A stretch of 64,000 nt of DNA from Ranitomeya imitator (taxonomy: Eukaryota), in NCBI RefSeq assembly GCF_032444005.1, contig NC_091288.1, positions 198,400,001-198,464,000 on the forward strand, in the 5' to 3' direction. This document shows positions 39,816-53,560 of the stretch, one piece after another. Positions within the stretch are counted from its first letter, which is position 1; every line of letters begins with the position of its first letter. The position numbers and the translations under genes are program-made. Under the pieces are notes generated by a model. The model ran no database searches. It worked only from the letters and a program-made list of their open reading frames with translations, and was not told the DNA's origin.

Positions 39816-41075
39816 ACCACCTCCTCCCCGCAGAGCTGTATGATCAGTGCCACCACCTCCTCCCCGCAGAGCTGTATGATCAGTGCCACCACCTCCTCCC
39901 CGCAGAGCTGTATGATCAGTGCCACCACTTCCTCCCCGCAGAGCTGTATCATCAGTGCCACCACCTCCTCCCCGCAGAGCTGTATGATCAGTGCCACCTC
40001 CTCCTCCCCGCAGAGCTGTATGATCAGAGCCACCACCTCCTCCCCGCAGAGCTGTATGATCAGAGCCACCATCTCCTCCCCGCAGAGCTGTATGATCAGA
40101 GCCACCACCTCCTCTCCGCAGAGATGTATGATCAGAGCCACCACCTCCTCCCTGCAGAGCTGTATGATCAGTACCACCACCTCCTCCCCGCAGAGCTGTA
40201 TGATCAGTGCCACCTCCTCCTCCCCGCAGAGCTGTATGATCAGTGCCACCACCTCCTCCCCGCAGAGCTGTATGATCAGTGCCACCTCCTCCTCCCCGCA
40301 GAGCTGTATGATCAGAGAAATCACCTCCTCCCCGCACAGCTGTATGATCAGTACCACCACCTCCTCCCCGCAGAGCTGTATGATCAGTGCCACCACCTCC
40401 TCCCCGCAGAGCTGCATGATCAGAGCCACCACCTCCTCTCCGCAGAGCTGTATGATCAGAGCCACCACCTCCTCCCTGCAGAGCTGTATGATCAGAGAAA
40501 TCACCTCCTCCCCGGAGAGCCGTATGATCAGTGCCACCACCTTCTCCCCGCAGAGCTGTATGATCAGAGCCACCACATTCTCCCCGCAGAGCTGTAGGAT
40601 CAGAGCCATCACCTCCTCCCCGCAGAGCTGTATGATCAGTGCCACCACCCTCTCCCCGCAGAGCTGTATGATCAGAGCCACCACCTACTCCCCTCAGACC
40701 TGTATGATCAGAGCCATAACCTCCTCCTCCCTGCAGAGCTGTATGATCAGAGAAATCACCTCCTCCCCGGAGAGCTGTATGATCAGTGCCAACACCTTCT
40801 CCCCGCAGAGCTGTATGATCAGTGCCACCACCTCCTCCCCGCAGAGCTGTATGATCAGTGCCACCACCTCCTCCCCGCAGAGCTGTATGATCAGTGCCAC
40901 CACCTCCTCCCCGCAGAGCTGTATGATCAGTGCCACCACCTCCTCCCCGCAGAGCTGTATGATCAGTGCCACCACCTCCTCCCCGCAGAGCTGTATGATC
41001 AGTGCCACCACCTCCTCCCCGGAGAGCCGTATGATCAGTGCCACCACCTTCTCCCCGCAGAGCTGTATGATCAGA

Positions 41076-41187
41076 GCACGGTGGCGCAGTGGTTAGCACA
41101 GCAGCCTTGCAGCGCTGGGGTCCTGGGTTCTAATCCCACCCAGGACAACATCTGCAAAGAGTTTGTATGTTCTCTCCGTGTTTGCGT

Positions 41188-41218
<31 letters not shown>

Positions 41219-41358
41219 ACATTCCAAAGACATACTGATAGGGATTCTAGATTGTGAGCCCCATCGGGGACAGTGGTGATAATGTGTGCAAAACTGTAAA
41301 GCGCTGCGGAATATGTTAGCGCTATATAAAAATAAAGATTATTATTATTATTATTATT
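41076..41358 (+). mobile_element. V-SINE copy 3
   Basis: Same sequence and insertion site, with (att)7 tail. Confidence 0.85.
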
Positions 41359-42123
41359 ATCAGAGCCACCACATTCTCCCCGCAGAGCTGTAGGATCAGA
41401 GCCATCACCTCCTCCCCGCAGAGCTGTATGATCAGTGCCACCACCCTCTCCCCGCAGAGCTGTATGATCAGAGCCACCACCTACTCCCCTCAGACCTGTA
41501 TGATCAGAGCCATAACCTCCTCCTCCCTGCAGAGCTGTATGATCAGAGAAATCACCTCCTCCCCGGAGAGCTGTATGATCAGTGCCAACACCTTCTCCCC
41601 GCAGAGCTGTATGATCAGTGCCACCTCCTCCTCCCCGCAGAGCTGTATGATCAGAGCCACCTCCTCCTCCCCGCAGAGCTGTATGATCAGTGCCACCACC
41701 TCCTCCCCGCAGAGCTGTATGATCAGTGCCACCTCCTCCTCCCCGCAGAGCTGTATGATCAGAGCCACCACCTCCTCCCCGCAGAGCTGTATGATCAGAG
41801 ACACCACCTCCTCCCTGCAGAGCTGTATGATCAGAGAAATCACCTCCTCCCCGGAGAGCTGTATGATCAGTGCCAACACCTTCTCCCCGCAGAGCTGTAT
41901 GATCAGTGCCACCACCTCCTCCCCGCAGAGCTGTATGATCAGTGCCACCACCTCCTCCCCGCAGAGCTGTATGATCAGTGCCACCACCTCCTCCCCGCAG
42001 AGCTGTATGATCAGTGCCACCACCTCCTCCCCGCAGAGCTGTATGATCAGTGCCACCACCTCCTCCCCGGAGAGCCGTATGATCAGTGCCACCACCTTCT
42101 CCCCGCAGAGCTGTATGATCAGA

Positions 42124-42235
42124 GCACGGTGGCGCAGTGGTTAGCACAGCAGCCTTGCAGCGCTGGGGTCCTGGGTTCTAATCCCACCCAGGACAACATC
42201 TGCAAAGAGTTTGTATGTTCTCTCCGTGTTTGCGT

Positions 42236-42266
<31 letters not shown>

Positions 42267-42400
42267 ACATTCCAAAGACATACTGATAGGGATTCTAGAT
42301 TGTGAGCCCCATCGGGGACAGTGGTGATAATGTGTGCAAAACTGTAAAGCGCTGCGGAATATGTTAGCGCTATATAAAAATAAAGATTATTATTATTATT
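42124..42400 (+). mobile_element. V-SINE copy 4
   Basis: Same sequence and insertion site, with (att)5 tail, 1048 bp after copy 3. Confidence 0.85.
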
Positions 42401-45400
42401 ATCAGAGCCACCACATTCTCCCCGCAGAGCTGTAGGATCAGAGCCATCACCTCCTCCCCGCAGAGCTGTATGATCAGTGCCACCACCCTCTCCCCGCAGA
42501 GCTGTATGATCAGAGCCACCACCTACTCCCCTCAGACCTGTATGATCAGAGCCATAACCTCCTCCTCCCTGCAGAGCTGTATGATCAGAGAAATCACCTC
42601 CTCCCCGGAGAGCTGTATGATCAGTGCCAACACCTTCTCCCCGCAGAGCTGTATGATCAGTGCCACCACCTCCTCCCTGCAGAGCTGTATGATCAGTGCC
42701 ACCACCTCCTCCCCGCAGAGCTGTATGATCAGTGCCACCACCTCCTCCCCGCAGAGCTGTATGATCAGAGCCACCTCCTCCTCCCCGCAGAGCTGTATGA
42801 TCAGTGCCACCACCTCCTCCCCGCAGAGCTGTATGATCAGTGCCACCTCCTCCTCCCCGCAGAGCTGTATGATCAGAGCCACCACCTCCTCCCCGCAGAG
42901 CTGTATGATCAGAGACACCACCTCCTCCCTGCAGAGCTGTATGATCAGAGAAATCACCTCCTCCCCGCACAGCTGTATGATCAGTACCACCACCTCCTCC
43001 CCGCAGAGCTGTATGATCAGTGCCACCTCCTCCTCCCCGCAGAGCTGTATGATCAGAGCCACCACCTCCTCCCCGCAGAGCTGTATGATCAGAGACACCA
43101 CCTCCTCCCTGCAGAGCTGTATGATCAGAGAAATCATCTCCTCCCCGCACAGCTGTATGATCAGTACCACCACCTCCTCCCCGCAGAGCTGTATGATCAG
43201 AGCCACCACCTCCTCCCCGCAGAGCTGTATGATCAGTACCACCACCTCCTCCCCGCAGAGCTGTATGATCAGTGCCACCACTTCCTCCCCGCAGAGCTGC
43301 ATGATCAGAGCCACCACCTCCTCTCCGCAGAGCTGTATGATCAGAGCCACCACCTCCTCCCTGCAGAGCTGTATGATCAGAGAAATCACCTCCTCCCCGG
43401 AGAGCCGTATGATCAGTGCCACCACCTTCTCCCCGCAGAGCTGTATGATCAGAGCCACCACATTCTCCCCGCAGAGCTGTAGGATCAGAGCCATCACCTC
43501 CTCCCCGCAGAGCTGTATGATCAGTGCCACCACCCTCTCCCCGCAGAGCTGTATGATCAGAGCCACCACCTACTCCCCTCAGACCTGTATGATCAGAGCC
43601 ATAACCTCCTCCTCCCTGCAGAGCTGTATGATCAGAGAAATCACCTCCTCCCCGGAGAGCTGTATGATCAGTGCCAACACCTTCTCCCCGCAGAGCTGTA
43701 TGATCAGTGCCACCACCTCCTCCCTGCAGAGCTGTATGATCAGTGCCACCACCTCCTCCCCGCAGAGCTGTACGATCACTGCCACCACCTCCTCCCCGCA
43801 GAGCTGTATGATCAGTGCCACCACCTCCTCCCCGCAGAGCTGTATGATCAGTGCCACCACCTCCTCCCCGCAGAGCTGTATGATCAGTGCCACCACCTCC
43901 TCCCCGCAGAGCTGTATGATCAGTACCACCACCTCCTCCCCGCAGAGCTGTATGATCAGTGCCACCTCCTCCTCCCCGCAGAGCTGTATGATCAGAGCCA
44001 CCACCTCCTCCCCGCAGAGCTGTATGATCAGAGACACCACCTCCTCCCTGCAGAGCTGTATGATCAGAGAAATCATCTCCTCCCCGCACAGCTGTATGAT
44101 CAGTACCACCACCTCCTCCCCGCAGAGCTGTATGATCAGAGCCACCACCTCCTCCCCGCAGAGCTGTATGATCAGTACCACCACCTCCTCCCCGCAGAGC
44201 TGTATGATCAGTGCCACCACTTCCTCCCCGCAGAGCTGCATGATCAGAGCCACCACCTCCTCTCCGCAGAGCTGTATGATCAGAGCCACCACCTCCTCCC
44301 TGCAGAGCTGTATGATCAGAGAAATCACCTCCTCCCCGGAGAGCCGTATGATCAGTGCCACCACCTTCTCCCCGCAGAGCTGTATGATCAGAGCCACCAC
44401 ATTCTCCCCGCAGAGCTGTAGGATCAGAGCCATCACCTCCTCCCCGCAGAGCTGTATGATCAGTGCCACCACCCTCTCCCCGCAGAGCTGTATGATCAGA
44501 GCCACCACCTACTCCCCTCAGACCTGTATGATCAGAGCCATAACCTCCTCCTCCCTGCAGAGCTGTATGATCAGAGAAATCACCTCCTCCCCGGAGAGCT
44601 GTATGATCAGTGCCAACACCTTCTCCCCGCAGAGCTGTATGATCAGTGCCACCACCTCCTCCCTGCAGAGCTGTATGATCAGTGCCACCACCTCCTCCCC
44701 GCAGAGCTGTACGATCACTGCCACCACCTCCTCCCCGCAGAGCTGTATGATCAGTGCCACCACCTCCTCCCCGCAGAGCTGTATGATCAGTGCCACCACC
44801 TCCTCCCCGCAGAGCTGTATGATCAGTGCCACCACCTCCTCCCCGCAGAGCTGTATGATCAGTGCCACCTCCTCCTCCCCGCAGAGCTGTATGATCAGTG
44901 CCACCACCTCCTCCCCGCAGAGATGTATGATCAGAGCCACCACCTCCTCCCTGCAGAGCTGTATGATCAGAGAAATCACCTCCTCCCCGCAGAGCTGTAT
45001 GATCAGTGCCACCACCTCCTCCCCGCAGAGCTGTATGATCAGTGCCACCACCTCCTCCCCGCAGAGCTGTATGATCAGTGCCACCACCTCCTCCCCGCAG
45101 AGCTGTATGATCAGTGCCACCACCTCCTCCCTGCAGAGCTGTATGATCAGAGAAATCACCTCCTCCCCGCACAGCTGTATGATCAGTGCCACCACCTCCT
45201 CCCCGCAGAGCTGTATGATCAGTGCCACCTCCTCCTCCCCGCAGAGCTGTATGATCAGTGCCACCACCTCCTCCCCGCAGAGCTGTATCATCAGTGCCAC
45301 CACCTACTCCTCCCTGCAGAGCTGTATGATCAGAGAAATCACCTCCACCCCGCAGAGCTGTATGATCAGTGCCACCACCTTCTCGCCCGCAGAGCTGTAT

Positions 45401-48400
45401 GATCAGAGCCACCACTTCCTCCCCGCAGAGCTGTATAATCAGTGCCACCACCTCCAACCCGCAGAGCTGTATGATCAGAGAAATCACCTCCACCCCGCAG
45501 AGCTGTATGATCAAAGCCACCACCTCCTCCCCGCAGAGCTGTATGATCAGAGCCACCACCCTCTCCCCGCAGAGCTGTATAATCAGTGCCACCACCTCCT
45601 CCCCGCAGAGCTGTATGATCAGTGCCACCACCTCCTCCCCGCAGAGCTGTATGATCAGTGCCACCACCTCCTCCCCGCAGGGCTGTATGATCAGTGCCAC
45701 CTCCTCCTCCCCGCAGAGCTGTATGATCAGAGAAATCACCTCCACCCCGCAGAGCTGTATGATCAGTGCCACCACCTCCTCCCCGCAGAGCTGTATCATC
45801 AGTGCCACCACCTACTCCTCCCTGCAGAGCTGTATGATCAGAGAAATCACCTCCACCCCGCAGAGCTGTATGATCAGTGCCACCACCTTCTCCCCCGCAG
45901 AGCTGTATGATCAGAGCCACCACTTCCTCCCCGCAGAGCTGTATAATCAGTGCCACCACCTCCACCCCGCAGAGCTGTATGATCAGAGAAATCACCTCCA
46001 CCCCGCAGAGCTGTATGATCAGAGCCACCACCTCCTCCCCGCAGAGCTGTATGATCAGAGCCACCACCCTCTCCCCGCAGAGCTGTATAATCAGTGCCAC
46101 CACCTCCTCCCCGCAGAGCTGTATGATCAGTGCCACCACCTCCTCCCCGCAGAGCTGTATGATCAGTGCCACCACCTCCTCCCCGCAGAGCTGTATGATC
46201 AGAGCCACCACCTCCTCCCTGCAGAGCTGTATGATCAGAGAAATCACCTCCTCCCCGCACAGCTGTATGATCAGTACCACCACCTCCTCCCCGCAGAGCA
46301 GCATGATCAGAGCCACCACCTCCTCCCCGCAGAGTTGTATGATCAGTGCCACCACCTCCTCCCCGCAGAGCTGTATGATCAGTGCCACCTCCTCCTCCCC
46401 GCAGAGCTGTATGATCAGAGAAATCACCTCCACCCCGCAGAGCTGTATGATCAGTGCCACCACCTCCTCCCCGCAGAGCTGTATCATCAGTGCCACCACC
46501 TACTCCTCCCTGCAGAGCTGTATGATCAGAGAAATCACCTCCACCCCGCAGAGCTGTATGATCAGAGCCACCACCTCCTCCCCGCAGAGCTGTATGATCA
46601 GAGCCACAACCCTCTCCCCGCAGAGCTGTATAATCAGTGCCACCACCTCCTCCCCGCAGAGCTGTATGATCAGTGCCACCACCTCCTCCCCGCAGAGCTG
46701 TATGATCAGTGCCACCACCTCCTCCCCGCAGAGCTGTATGATCAGTGCCACCTCCTCCTCCCCGCAGAGCTGTATGATCAGAGCCACCTCCTCCTCCCCG
46801 CAGAGCTGTATGATCAGTGCCACCACCTCCTCCCCGCAGAGCTGTATGATCAGTGCCACCACCTCCTCCCCGCAGAGCTGTATGATCAGTGCCACCACCT
46901 CCTCCCCGCAGAGCTGTATGATCAGTGCCACCTCCTCCTCCCCGCAGAGCTGTATGATCAGAGCCACCACCTCCTCCCCGCAGAGCTGTATGATCAGAGC
47001 CACCACCTCCTCCCTGCAGAGCTGTATGATCAGAGAAATCACCTCCTCCCCGCACAGCTGTATGATCAGTACCACCACCTCCTCCCCGCAGAGCTGTATG
47101 ATCAGAGCCACCACCTCCTCCCCGCAGAGCTGTATGATCAGAGCCACCACCTCCTCCCTGCAGAGCTGTATGATCAGAGAAATCACCTCCTCCCCGCAGA
47201 GCTGTATGATCAGTGCCACCACCTCCTCCCCGCAGAGCTGTATGATCAGTGCCACCACCTCCTCCCCGCAGAGCTGTATGATCAGTGCCACCACCTCCTC
47301 CCCGCAGAGCTGTATGATCAGTGCCACCACCTCCTCCCTGCAGAGCTGTATGATCAGAGCCACCACATTCTCCCCGCAGAGCTGTAGGATCAGAGCCATC
47401 ACCTCCTCCCCGCAGAGCTGTATGATCAGTGCCACCACCCTCTCCCCGCAGAGCTGTATGATCAGAGCCACCACCTACTCCCCTCAGACCTGTATGATCA
47501 GAGCCATAACCTCCTCCTCCCTGCAGAGCTGTATGATCAGAGAAATCACCTCCTCCCCGGAGAGCTGTATGATCAGTGCCAACACTTTCTCCCCGCAGAG
47601 CTGTATGATCAGTGCCACCACCTCCTCCCTGCAGAGCTGTATGATCAGTGCCACCACCTCCTCCCCGCAGAGCTGTACGATCAGTGCCACCACCTCCTCC
47701 CCGCAGAGCTGTATGATCAGTGCCACCACCTCCTCCCCGCAGAGCTGTATGATCAGTGCCACCACCTCCTCCCCGCAGAGCTGTATGATCAGTGCCACCA
47801 CCTCCTCCCCGCAGAGCTGTATGATCAGTGCCACCTCCTCCTCCCCGCAGAGCTGTATGATCAGTGCCACCACCTCCTCCCCGCAGAGCTGTATCATCAG
47901 TGCCACCACCTACTCCTCCCTGCAGAGCTGTATGATCAGAGAAATCACCTCCACCCCGCAGAGCTGTATGATCAGTGCCACCACCTCCTCCCTGCAGAGC
48001 TGTATGATCAGAGCCACCACATTCTCCCCGCAGAGCTGTAGGATCAGAGCCATCACCTCCTCCCCGCAGAGCTGTATGATCAGTGCCACCACCCTCTCCC
48101 CGCAGAGCTGTATGATCAGAGCCACCACCTACTCCCCTCAGACCTGTATGATCAGAGCCATAACCTCCTCCTCCCTGCAGAGCTGTATGATCAGAGAAAT
48201 CACCTCCTCCCCGGAGAGCTGTATGATCAGTGCCACCTCCTCCTCCCCGCAGAGCTGTATGATCAGTGCCACCACCTCCTCCCCGCAGAGCTGTATGATC
48301 AGTGCCACCACCTCCTCCCCGCAGAGCTGTATGATCAGTGCCACCTCCTCCTCCCCGCAGAGCTGTATGATCAGTGCCACCACCTCCTCCCCGCAGAGCT

Positions 48401-51400
48401 GTATGATCAGTGCCACCACCTCCTCCCCGCAGAGCTGTATGATCAGTGCCACCTCCTCCTCCCCGCAGAGCTGTATAATCAGAGCCACCTCCTCCTCCCC
48501 GCAGAGCTGTATGATCAGTGCCACCACCTCCTCCCCGCAGAGCTGTATGATCAGTGCCATCACCTCCTCCCCGCAGAGATGTATGATCAGAGCCACCACC
48601 TCCTCCCTGCAGAGCTGTATGATCAGAGAAATCACCTCCTCCCCGCAGAGCTGTATGATCAGTGCCACCAGCTCTTCCCCGCAGAGCTGTATGATCAGTG
48701 CCACCACCTCCTCCCCGCAGAGCTGTATGATCAGTGCCACCACCTCCTCCCCGCAGAGCTGTATGATCAGTGCCACCACCTCCTCCCTGCAGAGCTGTAT
48801 GATCAGAGAAATCACCTCCTCCCCGCACAGCTGTATGATCAGTGCCACCACCTCCTCCCCGCAGAGCTGTATGATCAGTGCCACCTCCTCCTCCCCGCAG
48901 AGCTGTATGATCAGTGCCACCACCTCCTCCCCGCAGAGCTGTATCATCAGTGCCACCACCTACTCCTCCCTGCAGAGCTGTATGATCAGAGAAATCACCT
49001 CCACCCCGCAGAGCTGTATGATCAGTGCCACCACCTTCTCCCCCGCAGAGCTGTATGATCAGAGCCACCACTTCCTCCCCGCAGAGCTGTATAATCAGTG
49101 CCACCACCTCCACCCCGCAGAGCTGTATGATCAGAGAAATCACCTCCACCCCGCAGAGCTGTATGATCAGAGCCACCACCTCCTCCCCGCAGAGCTGTAT
49201 GATCAGAGCCACCACCCTCTCCCCGCAGAGCTGTATAATCAGTGCCACCACCTCCTCCCCGCAGAGCTGTATGATCAGTGCCACCACCTCCTCCCCGCAG
49301 AGCTGTATGATCAGTGCCACCACCTCCTCCCCGCAGGGCTGTATGATCAGTGCCACCTCCTCCTCCCCGCAGAGCTGTATGATCAGAGAAATCACCTCCA
49401 CCCCGCAGAGCTGTATGATCAGTGCCACCACCTCCTCCCCGCAGAGCTGTATCATCAGTGCCACCACCTACTCCTCCCTGCAGAGCTGTATGATCAGAGA
49501 AATCACCTCCACCCCGCAGAGCTGTATGATCATTGCCACCACCTTCTCCCCGCAGAGCTGTATGATCAGTGCCACCTCCTCCTCCCCGCAGAGCTGTATG
49601 ATCAGAGAAATCACCTCCACCCCGCAGAGCTGTATGATCAGTGTCACCACCTCCTCCCCGCAGAGCTGTATCATCAGTGCCACCACCTACTCCTCCCTGC
49701 AGAGCTGTATGATCAGAGAAATCACCTCCACCCCGCAGAGCTGTATGATCAGAGCCACCACCTCCTCCCCGCAGAGCTGTATGATCAGAGCCACCACCCT
49801 CTCCCCGCAGAGCTGTATAATCAGTGCCACCACCTCCTCCCCGCAGAGCTGTATGATCAGTGCCACCACCTCCTCCCCGCAGAGCTGTATGATCAGTGCC
49901 ACCACCTCCTCCCCGCAGAGCTGTATGATCAGTGCGACCTCCTCCTCCCCGCAGAGCTGTATGATCAGAGCCACCTCCTCCTCCCCGCAGAGCTGTATGA
50001 TCAGTGCCACCACCTCCTCCCCGCAGAGCTGTATGATCAGTGCCACCACCTCCTCCCCGCAGAGCTGTATGATCAGTGCCACCACCTCCTCCCCGCAGAG
50101 CTGTATGATCAGTGCCACCTCCTCCTCCCCGCAGAGCTGTATGATCAGAGCCACCACCTCCTCCCCGCAGAGCTGTATGATCAGAGCCACCACCTCCTCC
50201 CTGCAGAGCTGTATGATCAGAGAAATCACCTCCTCCCCGCACAGCTGTATGATCAGTACCACCACCTCCTCCCCGCAGAGCTGTATGATCAGAGCCACCA
50301 CCTCCTCCCCGCAGAGCTGTATGATCAGAGCCACCACCTCCTCCCTGCAGAGCTGTATGATCAGAGAAATCACCTCCTCCCCGCAGAGCTGTATGATCAG
50401 TGCCACCACCTCCTCCCCGCAGAGCTGTATGATCAGTGCCACCACCTCCTCCCCGCAGAGCTGTATGATCAGTGCCACCACCTCCTCCCCGCAGAGCTGT
50501 ATGATCAGTGCCACCACCTCCTCCCTGCAGAGCTGTATGATCAGAGCCACCACCTCCTCCCCGCAGACCTGTATGATCAGTGCCTCCACCTCCTCCCCGC
50601 AGAGCTGTATGATCAGTGCCACCACCCTCTCCCCGCAGAGCTGTATGATCAGAGCCACCACCTACTCCCCTCAGACCTGTATGATCAGAGCCATAACCTC
50701 CTCCTCCCTGCAGAGCTGTATGATCAGAGAAATCACCTCCTCCCCGGAGAGCTGTATGATCAGTGCCAACACCTTCTCCCCGCAGAGCTGTATGATCAGT
50801 GCCACCACCTCCTCCCTGCAGAGCTGTATGATCAGTGCCACCACCTCCTCCCCGCAGAGCTGTACGATCAGTGCCACCACCTCCTCCCCGCAGAGCTGTA
50901 TGATCAGTGCCACCACCTCCTCCCCGCAGAGCTGTATGATCAGTGCCACCACCTCCTCCCCGCAGAGCTGTATGATCAGTGCCACCACCTCCTCCCCGCA
51001 GAGCTGTATGATCAGTGCCACCTCCTCCTCCCCGCAGAGCTGTATGATCAGTGCCACCACCTCCTCCCCGCAGAGCTGTATCATCAGTGCCACCACCTAC
51101 TCCTCCCTGCAGAGCTGTATGATCAGAGAAATCACCTCCACCCCGCAGAGCTGTATGATCAGTGCCACCACCTTCTCCCCCGCAGAGCTGTATGATCAGT
51201 GCCACCACCTCCTCCCCGCAGAGCTGTATGATCGGTTTTCCTACTTGTAATGTTTTTAATATAACTGATGCTGGGCGCAGTCTCAGGATGGGGGGTTTGT
51301 GTGATCTGACGATAATGTGGGAGCTGCACTGTACAGCGCTATACACGGGGACATTTCAACGCAGATACATCAGCTGCTCCAGCAGCGGCAAATGAGTGAT

Positions 51401-51404
51401 CTGA

Positions 51405-52052
<648 letters not shown>

Positions 52053-52081
52053 ATCTGCCCCGGCTGCGACCACAACACAAA

Positions 52082-52097
52082 GGCTCTTTTCAGAGCC
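52082..52097 (+). terminator. Histone 3' stem-loop (H3 copy 2)
   Basis: ggctct-tttc-agagcc. Confidence 0.97.
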
Positions 52098-52889
52098 ACC
52101 AAATCCTCCCACAAATGAGCCGAGTCCTGAACGGTCTCTCTTCTGCGCGTATTCTCCATATACGGAGCGCGGTCAGGAAAGGTAATAGCCGGCTGCTGTG
52201 TCCGATATTGTAGGTGATCCGCGATATTCCAGTTACCGCTCCCCGCATCCTTTATTCTCACCAAGTCCAAAAGTGCGACATCAATTACATGACTGTCGTT
52301 TTATAAGGACAGGGTAAAGTGTGCGCTGTGCACAGCCCGGGTCTTTGGTGGTGGAGGCGCGGTTTCTGTACAGCGCAGACGTAAATGGGGTCCTAGTGCC
52401 GCCTCTGCAGTCTTGCGGCTTTAGGTTGTAATTATCATATATTTGAGTTTTCTCATCTTATCTGTGGCTGGTGCCGCCGGGGGTCTGGTTACATACAGCT
52501 CCCTGCTCTGCAGTGACCGGTAATGGCCACCAGTCGGGCACCACGTGTAATGATGAGTGACTGCCGGGGATCAGATGAGTTATCTGTAGATCAGTGTCCT
52601 TAAAATGTATTTTTTATTCTACTTTATAACAAGCTGGAAAATAACAACCGAAACTACAATGGAAGTAAAAATCAAAATAACCAACAGATCTAAGCGACGC
52701 TGAGATGAGAAGAATAGAGAAGCGGGAAAAGAAGAGCACAATAAGTGGAAAATTCAAAATCTCCAACCGTTCTGTGCTCAACCAATCAGACGAAAGGGAG
52801 GAGATAGGAGCTAATTGCAAAATTTCTACTAGCAATCTCCCCCGGATAGCGTCGGAACAGGTGAATATGCATGGCTCACCCTCCCCCGT

Positions 52890-53145
52890 CATACTCACCC
52901 TCCTGGCAGCGTCTCTGCAAGTCCCTGCTTCTCCGATGGTCTCTGGTGCCGGCAACTTGTTCCTGTGTTCGTCATGGTACCGCTCATTAAAGTAATGAAT
53001 ATGCGCTCCACGCCTGTGGGAGTGGAGCCACGTATGTATTCATTACTTTGTTTAGTGGTCACGTGGTACCACTCATTACAGGAAGAGATGCAGGCGCCAG
53101 AGACTATCTGAGAAGCAGAGACCGCGCCAGTATGAGGTGAGTATG
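52890..53145. repeat. Second copy of imperfect palindrome
   Basis: Same as 15820-16075. Confidence 0.7.
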
Positions 53146-53399
53146 ATGTGCCAGCCGCCGACCCCCTGGTACAATGACTCCAGTATAAGACGAGAGGGGC
53201 ACTTTCAGCCTAAAAAAAATGGCTGCAAATCTCAGATTATACTCGAATGTAGGGTTGAGCGAAACGGGTCGAACATTTTCAAAAGTCGCCGACTTTTGGC
53301 TAAGTCGGGGTTTCATGAAACCCGATCCGACCCCTGTGCGGGGTCGGCCATGCGGTACGCGACTTTCGCGCCAAAGTCGCGTTTCAATGACGCGAAAAG

Positions 53400-53560
53400 C
53401 GCCATTTCTCAGCCAATGAAGGTAAACGCAGAGTGTGGGCAGCGTGATGACATAGGTCCTGGTCCCCACCATCTTAGAGAAGGGCATTGCAGTGATTGGC
53501 TTGCTGTCTGCGACGTCACAGGGGCTATAAAGAGGCGTTCCCGCCGACCGCCATCTTACT
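53400..53560 (+). promoter_or_regulatory. Putative transposase promoter
   Basis: agccaat, gattggc, gacgtca, tataaa at 53526 and YY1-like ccgccatctt at 53548. Confidence 0.5.

Larger units (their letters stand above)
39810..51233 (+). repeat. 36-bp minisatellite array starting in the H1 stem-loop 3' arm
   Basis: The first unit is agagccaccacctcctccccgcagagctgtatgatc (39810-39845) and the last ends tgatc|ggttttcc. About 300 units estimated from length. Confidence 0.98.

Noticed and set aside
39816-39830. PRDM9-motif or G-quadruplex role for CCACCACCTCCTCCCC
   Set aside because: It mismatches the human-specific motif. The G-tracts are mostly two-tier and there is no supporting evidence beyond composition.
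39123-41099. 658-aa minus-strand ORF overlapping H1
   Set aside because: Antisense shadow of the GC-biased H1 codons, fused to the repeat frame.
39761-51395. Same repetitive ORFs in array 2, up to 1772 aa
   Set aside because: Same artefact. H1 has its own stop codon and stem-loop upstream.
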